Shown one piece after another: positions 21,626 through 32,179 of a stretch of DNA of 64,000 nucleotides. The notes beneath the pieces were generated by a model. It did not search any database. It saw nothing but the letters and a program-made list of their open reading frames with translations, and was not told the DNA's origin. Made by a program: the position numbers and the translations under genes. The number at the start of each line of letters is the position of its first letter. Positions within the stretch are counted from its first letter, which is position 1. The DNA comes from Klebsormidium nitens (Eukaryota > Plantae > Klebsormidiophyceae): assembly GCA_000708835.1 (NCBI GenBank), contig DF237234.1, positions 1 through 64,000 of the forward strand. The letters run 5' to 3'.

Positions 21626-22868
21626 GACTGCGTTCTGAATCTACTGCTTTCCAGCAAAATGAATCGACCAAAAGTGGAGGGTTTACCTCCAGGATCCGGG
21701 CGGGAAAAGCCCTCTACTTGCGTGCTGGCAGCGCCCCCACTGGCGGCAGCTGCTCCTTCTCCTCCTCTCTCCCTTTCAAGTACAGACTCAAGAGTTCACA
21801 AGTTGCTCTCACACCGAGCTAGCGACCGAGTCGCACTGCACTCTGCAGCCTGTGCAGGCCAGTGCAGGTTCCTGCAGGCTGCATGCTCTTTGACAGGTCA
21901 GGCTACCGTAGAACTTGAAGTTGAAGTGCCCGTACTAGTACTAGTTGTTCACTTCTTCGTTACCGCTCCAGCACTGCAGTCTACTTGTACCGTTAGCGTC
22001 TGTCAGCCGTTCAAACATCTTCAGAAGGGATGGATCCAACCGTCGCATTTTGGTCTACACTATGCGCGCACATTGGTTTTCATCTGCGCCATGAATCTCG
22101 ACGTGTTCAAGATTTGTTGAAACGAGACCCTTGACTCTTGAGCTTGAGCTAGCTTGAGCCTGCTACCAGGGCGGAAGACCACGCTCCTCTTTCAGCTGGC
22201 ATTATACACTTTCTGCCCTGGGCGTGTCCTTCAGCTATCACGGTGGTCCGCTTTCAAGCCTTGTTGCTATAAGCGCTGGTTTATTGGCAAATTCGCTGGT
22301 GGGCACAGAAGCTTTGAGGTATCCCCCCCAAGATCCATAGACAAACGTTACGTATGATTTTCAACAACCCACGAAAACGTAATACCACTAAGCATCCTTG
22401 ATCTCCACCCGACTTGCAACCATCCAAGCAACGAGTATTCTGCAGACTTCGGCCTGAGAAATTGAAAGTGCCATCAGCTCACGAGCTGAACTGGGACCGG
22501 GTACAAGCTCAAGGCATATGGGGATGAAGCAACAGACCCTGCGCAGCTGATTGAAATAGGAGCTGACCTGATTTTTCAGCCTCTCTGACGACCGTTGGAT
22601 CCTGCCCCTACAGCTCGCAGGCGGCCAGCCTTAGTAGTCAATCTGACCCTTGAACGGGTTTCCGGTCAAGAAACAACCAGAGCCCAGGAGGATCTTGAAC
22701 GATGATCTGCGGCCGTTTGCCACATTCTGGCTCGATGTGGTCGGGAAACTGAGAGGAAGCTGCCCCTATGCCTGTCTAGAACGCAGAATCTGACCTTATT
22801 GCGTCATATAGGAGGCCTTATCCCAGAGCTCGCAACACATCCTCTATGTTCCTACTTTGAGTAGGCAA

Positions 22869-24566
22869 ATGTCACTGTCGCGGAGCTCGTCGCGGAGGAA
22901 CCTCACTGAGGACCAGCTTGCCAATACATGGCCATACATCACACGAGCCCAGGTCAGTTGGGCTCTTTGACACCTCATTATGCTGTCTGTGTAGTGTGAG
23001 AACCAGGTTTGAAGAGTCGGATGGGGATTGTACCACGCCATGAACGAGCCACCAATCCAGCGAGCTTGCAGTTGGACGACACAGACTGTTCAAGCGCAGC
23101 AAAGCAGCGTTTCAAGCTGCAGGCGTTTGGTTCGAAACGAATTCTGCATTGATGCCCTTGTCTGGGCACTTCCAAACGTGAATGAAGGCAATACTCAGTG
23201 GACAGTCTGGCACTTCTGTTGACGGTCTCGTCTCCCTCAGGTGCGTGAGTTCAAGGAGGCGTTTGCCATCTTCGACAAGGATGGGGACGGTTCCATCACG
23301 TGCAACGAACTAGGCATGGTGATGAAATCCCTGGGGCAGAAACCGACAGACGCAGAGCTGCTGCAAATGGTCAAGGAGGTGGATGCGGATCAGAACGGGG
23401 AGATCGACTTCCCCGAGTTCCTCACCATGATGCTGCGCAAGATGAACCAGGGAGATCCCGAGAAAGAGCTCATGGACGTCTTTCTGGTGAGCACTCTTTT
23501 GAGGCTTTGCGGCAAAGGGCGCTGCATCTTGGGAAAGGAGCTGATTCGTGGGGAGGGAAGCGTTTGTTGAGGGGTGAGTTTGCAATCTGGGTTTGTCATG
23601 CAAGTCTTGCCGTGAGCGAATTATTGAGGCAGAGGGTTCGTAGCGTGTCTTACTTTTGTTCCAACACGTAATGTTGCCAGAGTCTCAGAGAGCCCCGCTG
23701 AGCAAATTGAGAGGTTGCTTGACTTGAGTCAGTTCGGTCCTTGAACCCTGTAGGGTCCTCTTTGATAGGCCAGCATGACAGTAAACTAGAAGGAACAGTT
23801 TTCCCTTGTTTGAACAACTCCGCTTCAGGATCTCAAGATCCCTGAGGCATGGTCACATCCGCTGCATGAGCCGCGCTGAACTAAGATATGGGCCATGGTT
23901 GAAGTCCCTGGCGGTGGCTTGCTTCGATATGAGCAGTTCTGGTCGTTCTTTTCCTGGAGGGCGTACAGCTCTGTGAAACTCTTCCGTCTTTGGATTTTAG
24001 GGGCGCTTTTGAACATCACCTGTTTGGGTCGGTGCAAAGATTCTAGAAAGGCGAGTCGAGAGAGCGTCGGTGTGCCTGGGGCATCTTTATATACGTCTCA
24101 CTTTCATCACAATTCTGTGAGCAACGGATCATGGCGTCGTCGAAATAATTCTCAGAGATAATCGATCGTGCACTCGCGTTAAATCTCCTGATGCGACGGT
24201 GCGGGGTTGCTCGTCCGTGTGCGATCAGATTCATGACATCTCACAATACTGGCACTGCTTGCTCTTCTCCGCTGGGGGTGCCTAACGGCAGGCCGTCTGG
24301 ATTGTCTGCTGTCACATGTACGCAACTACAAAGCGACGATCCGCTTTTTCTGCTCGAAGCGTCTGCTGATGGGAGGTTGCTCATGGCAGGTGTTTGACAA
24401 GGACAACAGCGGGACGATCTCCCGAGACGAGCTGCGGTCGGCCATGTACGTCATTGGCGAGAAGCTCTCGGACGAGGAGATCGACGAGGCCATCAAGCTT
24501 GCAGACGCCAGTGGGGACGGAGAAGTCGACTACAACGAGTTTATCCAGTTTGTCCTGTCAGATTGA
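22869..24566 (+). CDS. Calmodulin-like protein (CML) with four EF-hands; about 168 aa, 3 exons
   Basis: EF loops [48 protein letters not shown]. Exons 22869-22952 (inferred from an NLTEDQL motif and a phase-0 donor), 23241-23486, 24390-24566. Confidence 0.9.
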
Positions 24567-25250
24567 GGGTCCGGGGTTATAGAGACAGCATGTGTTGACT
24601 GTAATTCTCGTGTATCGTGTTGACATGCAGTAGCGGTTACATTATAGTATGTGTGTACCAGGAGTATACAATGATGGGTGTCCTAGAAGTAATGAGCTCT
24701 AGCTGAGGTTGTAAGGACTTTGAGGCCGTGTTTCGAACTGTTTTATGTCCAACAAGGTTCCCTTTCTTTCCAAATAATGGCCATTGGCAGACGACATGTG
24801 CACAAGCATAGCAGAAAGCCGTATCATTATACTGGCTGGCATATCTAAGACGCATCGTGCTGCCAATGGCCTCTGCAGAAATATGCGACATCACGAAGCC
24901 GCGCCTTTAGGGCAAAGGCGCTACAACGCAATTCCCGCTCTACACCGTCTTGTTCAAAGAGTGTTACCACACATACAGCGCATAGTATAGGCCACTTAAT
25001 TCTATACACGTCAGATCCGTCATGGATACAAGAGAAATCATATCGACCCCGACGGTTTGATTAGAGCTGCATGCAAATGATTGAGTCAGCCAGTCATGGC
25101 TCAATCTGCAGCGCCTATACTGAGCGTCTCACTTCTAGCCCGCTGGTGCACTAGGAACGCCGGGCCCACAACTGGCACTGCATGCGGGGTCGGCGGACGC
25201 GCGCCCATGTGCGCGGGTCAAAGTCAGTACGGTTGATGAGTGGTGATGAG

Positions 25251-25347
25251 GTCCACATATGTCTGGCAAGTCCGGCCGTCGGCCGCGGCCAATTGCTTAA
25301 TTTGCCCACAGGCCGGGACGGACTTGGCATGTGGGACATATGTGGAC
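25251..25347. other. ~97-nt intergenic inverted repeat / fold-back hairpin
   Basis: Perfect 13-bp arms gtccacatatgtc (25251-25263) and gacatatgtggac (25335-25347). After a 5-nt bulge, tggcaagtccg pairs with cggacttggca (one mismatch). Confidence 0.6.
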
Positions 25348-26008
25348 AAGATTGCAATTATCTGGCAAGCCATGCGTATATATATCCGCGTCTGACATGC
25401 CGGTTGACTTATGCAGGAGCACTCAGGAGTACGTCTGCAATTCCATTATAGAACGCCGCCTACGGCGTCAATTATGACGAGGCCTTGTTCAATTGATTAC
25501 AGACGATCGTGCCAGCTGTGAATTTGCTCATGCTAGATCCGCCTATAGACTCAAGCCAAGAATTCAAGCATGCAAATGTCTGCTTTGTTATACATGGATG
25601 TTCGGGGGGGCATGCATGTGCAGATCATTTTCCTAGCTGGGGCGGCCAGGCTAAGCTCTAGCTGACGGCCGGGCATGAAGTCTCGATCTAAGACTGATCA
25701 AACGGACGACTCACTCGAACGTTCTTTGGCTCAGCGTGCAAGACAATCAGATCGCAAGCAGTCCTAGCTTGCTTCTCGGCTTAACGCAGCTATCTAAGCT
25801 TGTGACTCGCCAAAAAGTTGACCTAGTGGGCTATCATGCTAGGAACCCTTGTGCCAAACACTTGCACTAGGACCCTCTATTAGTCAGCAAAAACTGCGAT
25901 CATGATAGCTTACTCAGCCGGGATCGTAAACTCTACCTACGCGCCTACGCAACTACCGTAAGTTGGTGCTTTCTGACAATGCAAGCTGCAAACAGACACA
26001 TGTTCAGG

Positions 26009-29000
26009 CTAAACGACATCAGTACCAAGTTGGCACGTGCAGTCAGGGATCGGCTCTCTGTACAGGTTCTTCCCGAACTCTTTGGACACCTTCCTGGCGG
26101 GGTGCATTTTACGTACCTGCTGACTAAACTCACTCCAGCTAACCTGCTCCGTCCTCGCCCTTTCGAAGAGAACGGCCAGCTTCTTCTTGTACGGCGCTAT
26201 GGTTCTCCGCTGACCGCTGTACAACCGGAGACCACTTACTATCTTTGGGAAATTGCTGCCCGTGTGCCCATACGCAAACACGTCACTCTGCACCGCCACA
26301 TACGTGTCGAGCGCTGCCAGCTGCGACGTGTGCGCCGCAAAGGGGGCCAGCTCCTCTGCGCTCGCCAGGCTTCTCTTCGTGAACGAGCGAGGAAACAGCT
26401 TCTCGAACACCGCCATCCGCCGCGCCCCTCCATACACCTCCCCGGCCGCTATGTACACAACCGTTTCGTTGTCATACCCCATGCCGGCGAGCAGAAGCCC
26501 TAGCTCCTCCGGGGTAAGCGGACAGTGTCCCTTCTTCCGTAACACGTCAGCATCCGTCATCTCGCCGTACTTGACCGCCATTCCCGGGAAATGCTCCGCT
26601 CGGTACGCCGCGAGGTCCGCCCGCTCCTCCTCGCCGCCGCCGTAGTCGCAGCACGTGTCGGCGACCATGTCCTTCTCGAAGCGGAGGTGGAGCGCCAGGA
26701 AGCGGCCGCCAGACTGCGCGCGCATGCGCTCCACCAGCAAGTCGGCAAAAGCCTGCAAGAGATCGAATTCTGGGTTGATGGGGGATTCTGAAGGGAAAGA
26801 CAGGGCGCTGCCCAAACTGCTCAGCAGACACCTTGCCTAAATGCAGAGGTTTCTGCTAACACGCCTAAAGAACGGCCGCAAGAGTCTCTGACCATCGCGG
26901 AACCTGGAAGCATGCAACCATTTTTTTTGAGGCACAAGCCCAAAGAAAACAGGTTGCATCAAGATTGACCAACACCAAGCACGGCAGACTAGCGTGGCAG
27001 TCCGCTTTGGCCTGCGCAGGCTTTACGCTTCACCAAGGCTGAACCGCTGACTACTAGCAACATACACAGTCATGTTGGTAGAGTTGCACGGTTTCGATCT
27101 ACCAACGACCAACGACAAGGGCAGAAACCGCTTCAGAGCAGGAGGCGCCTCACCTGCAGGCCTGGGGCCAGCCGGAGCGCCTCGTAGTTGGCGCGGCAGC
27201 GCAGCCTCTGCAGCTCCTGGGGCACCCCTTGAAAGCCGAGGCCGTGCATATAGCCTGCCAGCTTCAGAACCCCGTGCTGCTTGAGCAAGGGCGCCCCGTG
27301 CTCCAAGTAGAACTCGGGGGGGGAGTACTTGGGCACGACGAGGCTGTGCTCTTTCTCCTGATCGGGAGACCAGGCGCCGACAGGGGCCGCCAAAACGACG
27401 CGGACGTCTGGGGCGAGCGTCCGCGCAAAGTGGTCGAGGTCGAAGATGTTTTGAAACTGGCTGCAAGGGACGCGAGACTGGGAGGTCAGCAATGCAGAGG
27501 CGAGAGCCCAAAGCGAGAGGTCAACGAACGAGACTCCTCGACAGGCATTGGCAAGGATACCTGACATCGTCGGCTTTGCCAAGCTGGTTCGTAGTTTCGT
27601 CGTTGAGTTGGAGGCTGGCGACCACTTCCAAACAAACACTTTATCCGTACTAGAATAACAGCTTCAACGAATGTAAACGGCAGGAAAAACGTGAAAGATT
27701 CCGGGTCCAACGTTGCAGAGACGAGGCGAGAGCACGTTCTCGCACCTCGAGTCGGAGGTGTGCGAAAGCTGACCAATAAAAGGCAGGAGCGCGCAGAAAC
27801 AAACGAAGATTGCAGAAGGTACCCGAGGTTTGTCAGCATCTGGCTGACGTCATCACCCTCACCTTCCGTCCAGCCAGACAGAGTCGAAGAGGAAGCGGGG
27901 AACAACTAGAGTTGCGTTCAGCAGACGTGCCACCGCCACGGCGTTGCATACCTGGACATGAGAGGCCGAGACAGCATCAGGGACAGAAACTACTGCAACT
28001 GAGAAGTGCATTCCACATGATAGCAGGGGAGGAAGTGTGCGTCCTGACTCATGTGAAACCATTCATAGTTCATGAAGTTTCCAAGCATTGAAAGCAGTTC
28101 GCAAACGGGTCAGCGCTGACCCTTCTGCATAAGTCCTGACTTAGCCAGCTCACCGAGATGCGTTGCTGGTTGAGGCCACCGTTAGCATCGACCAGCAGAA
28201 AGCCACTGCTGAAGTCAACGGGCCCTGTGCGGGCAAGGATAACGAACAGTCTCAGGATTGGGGCAATTGGCAGCTCGAAAGCCAAAGAACTGCGAATCAT
28301 CGTGCAGGACGGGATGAAACATGAGACTTGCACTCAACGTTGTCGTAACCGCCATTTAATGGCAGATTTGAGATACTTTGATGTTGTAAAGAGTGTGATT
28401 GGTCGAGGTTGATCTTACCTGACACAGCTTTGTCCGCTTCTTTGCACGAACTCATTTCCCCCACCATTTGAAGTGGATCTTCCCACAAGGCCTTTGCGCT
28501 GACTGTAAGAAGCGGATCCTCCTGCGTTTGACAAGCCGTTCCAGGAGTCAAAAGAAGCCCGATGCCTGATCTCTTCAAAGTCGAATGCGAACCATGACAC
28601 AGATAGCAGAGATGTTTTGCAGAGTTTCGAAAGAACAGGCTGGCCCTTAGTAACAGTCGTTCCTCCTCGTCAAACTCTGGATCAAAGCTTTCATTAATCC
28701 AGTTTGTCAAATTCTTGTCCCAGACGAACGATTTTGTCGAGGTTCCAATATACTCTGCCGTTTTTCCGAGGCATCTGTCTACCGAAAGGCCTGGAGGAAG
28801 CAGCCGCTCATATGCAGTGCCACAAGCTCTTACTCCTGTCTCTTGCGCGAGCTCTTCCTCTGTGAACGAAACATGGAAAAGAAGTGAAACTGCCTCGCTG
28901 AACGGTTGATTCCTGCTTCAAACCCATATATCACACTGACGACAATTCAGGCTTTCAGTCCCTCTTATAAAAGGACAAAGAGATCACTAAAAGGGTCCCG

Positions 29001-30163
29001 CATGACCCAGACTCGGCAATGGGTGCCTCTTCATCTTCAAGCTTGTATGGAGAAGTCAGACGCATATCTGCACTTGACTAAGGTGGGCCTGAAATCTGAA
29101 CCGATGAGTGGCCCACCTGCTTCGCAGTGATGTACTCCTCCCTTACTGTGATCAAGTTCGGATACATGATGATTGGCTCTCCAGGGGGGCCTGTCGCGTC
29201 CACAGCAGGTACCCCGTTTTTCAGTACCTCCAAGTCGTTCTCTCCATCCTCTCCTTGGAAGAACTCTTGGTGCTCCTCCTCTGAATCACCATTTTGAGCA
29301 TCATCTTCTGGTTCAAAACTGAAATCCAAATTCACCCCAGGATTTGTCCCATGTTGTCCTGCGGCCTCGTGTGGTGGGAGCACTCCGCCTGGTTCCTTCA
29401 CAACACTGCCACCACCGCTCCCACTTTCCTCCTTTTGACTAGCTAGGGCCACTCGTGCCAGTTTGCGATGCAGCGGCTCCCTGTTGTGTGGCGTCGTCTG
29501 CTGTAAAATGGACAACAAGTTGCCATGAAGAGAGTGCTTGGTTAGAATCTGGTGAAGCAAAGCAAGCCGGCTGAGGGGCCCTGAGCAGCCCGAGCCTGGA
29601 GGAAGCTCCCAACTAGTGTTCAACTTCTCATACAAACAGTGGAGCTCCCTTTCAAGGAAACTTGCATCATTGGGACTCATCGAGAAGGACGTCTTATGCA
29701 ATAAAGAACCTTCGGTGGGTGAGGCGCTTTCGTTCCTTGCCCCGTGGTGCATCTGTTTGACCATGTATGCAGCATCACGCCACTTGACTAATTGAAATCG
29801 CCACCTGCAAACCAAAGGGTCTGACTCTTTTGACCAACCAACCTGAGCACAGAATTGCCAATTTCGAAATTCTCTATCTTGTTCCTTAGAACGTGGCTTG
29901 GAAACTCGACGAAATTGGCAGATGCACTGACCAGAGCAGCTGACCTGATCAGACGGCCACTCAAGTGTCGGGAGACCGGGCCCCAGCGTCAAGATGAACA
30001 GCATAGCAGCAGCCAAGAGAAGCAACACAACAGCTCCAGACATGCGCTTTCTCCTTCCTGTTGACTGCTGAAGCTTGGAAAGTTGGCCCGACACCCTGCT
30101 GCCTGACGCCGTCGACAAATCCTGAAAACTTCGAGTGGATCTCGTTCGAAGGAGTCCAGCCAT
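26009..30163 (-). CDS. Plant O-fucosyltransferase-family (DUF246/PF10250) type II Golgi glycosyltransferase with an unusually long lumenal stem; about 891 aa, 8 exons
   Basis: Family motifs [95 protein letters not shown]. N-terminal transmembrane segment GAVVLLLLAAAMLFILTL after RRKR. Exons 30163-29945, 29842-29147, 29077-29007, 28897-28419, 28224-28154, 27951-27863, 27460-27154, 26752-26009. The exon 2-4 junctions are the least certain. Confidence 0.85.
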
Positions 30164-30649
30164 GACCAAGCGCTCTCATAGTCAAGTGTAGATCAATATC
30201 TTTGAACAGGGCAGGTTGGGAAGATGATCAGAGCTGCCTATCAATGCAAAGCTTGCGCGAAGGACCTCAAGTTGTGCTCGTCTGAATCATTGCGAGTCCC
30301 GTGTGATTGTCTTTGCAGAGAATTCGCTCTGCTAGATTGGGAGTACCACCCTCCTCTTCTATGTAGCTGGTATCTTGGACGCTCAACAGGACTCCGCACA
30401 ACTTCACAAGTGCTCTTGCTCACCTGCATGGATATGCAGCGCAGAAAGACGTGAGAAGCTAGCTGCCTTTCGAGTAGGTATACGGGTAGCCTGTTTGGTT
30501 GGCCTGGAATGTTGGTAAATTGATAGAAAGGGAAAATTTTCGGAACCTGACTATGCTGTCCCGGCTCTTCACGGGAAAATAAAGACCACCAAGAGGGTTC
30601 CTTGACACCAAGACGGACCAAGTCGGAACAGGGATTGTATAGAGGTTTC

Positions 30650-31126
30650 TGACGTCACTAACCATAGGGTCCGGAATATTATAAAAGACGTCACTTTAGA
30701 ACTGATTAGAATACTCGATACTTTTCCCGCTTATACCTTAGAACTTTCCTGATTTAACCAGAAGGCTAAGGACGGTTGTAGACTAGAAGTGGACCTTCGT
30801 GCCAGGCTCCGTGAGGCATTCAAGCACACCGAGTCACGACACCGGCCTCAGTTTTTCGGAGTATAAAAGCGAGCCGATCCAACTTTCTTTCCTCATTTTC
30901 AGCTTTTCATTTTCGGGATTTCTAGTGGCAGAAGGCGGCGCCCAGGGTCGACGGGCACGGTCAAGGAGGTGACGTCAGCAGCTTGCTGACGTAATATTTG
31001 GAATTAAACATTGTGTTACATGTTATTACTATCTATATTTGGAATTAAACATTGTGTTACATGTTATTACTATAGATTTATCTAACTAACAAAGTCGATT
31101 AGTGACGTCACTATCTTATGACGCCA
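30650..31126. promoter_or_regulatory. Cluster of bZIP (CRE/C-box) TGACGTCA-type sites in the divergent O-FucT/uL18 intergenic region
   Basis: Perfect TGACGTCA at 30650, 30970 and 31103; near-matches AGACGTCA 30686, TGACGTAA 30987, TGACGCCA 31119. The 31103 site lies within the 14-bp palindrome tagtgacgtcacta (31100-31113). Confidence 0.55.
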
Positions 31127-31146
31127 GCATGGCAGCTCCACGGTCA
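30956..31146. mobile_element. Putative non-autonomous MITE-like insertion (~175 bp) with 8-bp flanking direct repeats
   Basis: CACGGTCA at 30956-30963 and 31139-31146 flanks an AT-rich island. The termini are imperfectly inverted (ggaggtgac..tgctgacgtaat vs reverse complement ggagctgcc..tgctggcgtcat). There is an internal 39-bp tandem duplication. Confidence 0.4.
30994..31073. repeat. Perfect 39-bp AT-rich tandem duplication (41-bp period)
   Basis: atatttggaattaaacattgtgttacatgttattactat at 30994-31032 and 31035-31073 (8 of 39 bases G/C). Confidence 0.95.
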
Positions 31147-31573
31147 CGGACGGTAGGCGAAGTCCCTTCTTTTATTATTAACCCTCCGAATACGACGCTG
31201 ATCTCCAGCCATGAGCCTGTGACCGGTCCGTTGTAAGTGAGCGCCCAGGTCAAGGACTGGGACAGGTTGTAGTCCGCCCGGGGGGCCTGCATTCCCGTCT
31301 ACCGGTGACAGCACGGTGATCTTGGCGCGAGGGTTTAGCAAACCACATGAGGGGTTATGAGAAAGAGAAAGAGCATGTGAAGGATGTCCACTAGCTGATG
31401 AATGTGCCCTCCAAATGCTCTCTTGGCGCATTCTTCGCTTCAATAGGGGCTCTGGCTGGCTGTGGCTGAACTTGAAAGGCGATGAGTTCTCATTGAGTTC
31501 GCAGTCTTGGAACTTTTAGGGTAGAGTGACCCTCTCCAAAGGCTTTTCTTGCGCACAAAGCCAATCTGTCAAA

Positions 31574-31894
31574 ATGAGTAAGATGCTGAAGTTTGTGAAG
31601 CCGTTCTGGCTGGACATCACCCTGTCAAACAAGCACATTTCGGCGCAGATTGTGCATAAGGCAACTGGGTGCACCCTCACGACCGCAACGACCAAGAGCA
31701 AGGAACTGAAAGCGACCCTCCCGAGGACCAGCGACAAGCTAGCTGCAGCTGCGGTGGGGAACTTGCTGGCTAAGAAGGCGCAGGAAATGGGCGTACATGC
31801 TGTCTCCTATGACATTCCAGAGGGCAAGACCTACCATGGCAAATTGAAGGCCGTGATTGACGGTGTAGTGGAGGGTGGCTTGAAGTTGATCTAG
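31574..31894 (+). CDS. RPL18: Organellar (probably mitochondrial) ribosomal protein uL18-like, 106 aa, single coding exon
   Basis: LKFVKPFWLDITLSNKHISAQIVH...DKLAAAAVGNLLAKKA...YHGKLKAVIDG matches the bacterial-type uL18 pattern (AA..VG..LA.RA; YHG+V.A..D) and the short plant uL18m N-terminus (FLKPYVL..TNK..AQVIH). Confidence 0.85.
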   Translation: MSKMLKFVKPFWLDITLSNKHISAQIVHKATGCTLTTATTKSKELKATLPRTSDKLAAAAVGNLLAKKAQEMGVHAVSYDIPEGKTYHGKLKAVIDGVVEGGLKLI

Positions 31895-32179
31895 GCAAAA
31901 GGTTTACGAGTAGTTGGATTTTTGTTCTGGCGTTCCTACCTGGAAGGCTTCCGAGCTTCAAGTCTCTTGGCCATAAGTAGTTTGTTTTTCCGAGGGCTTC
32001 ATAGGACAGCACTTCATTGTGGCAGCAAGTTTGCTGCTATGTCCATAATACAGAACAGTTACTAGCAGTAAATGCTTCTTGCGGGGATCGGAAGCGCCTG
32101 GCGGATGGCTGGCGCTCTCGTTGGTAAAGGTCGCCCTCTCTTACATAGATAGCAACTTTGGCGGCTGGGGGCTTTCAGC

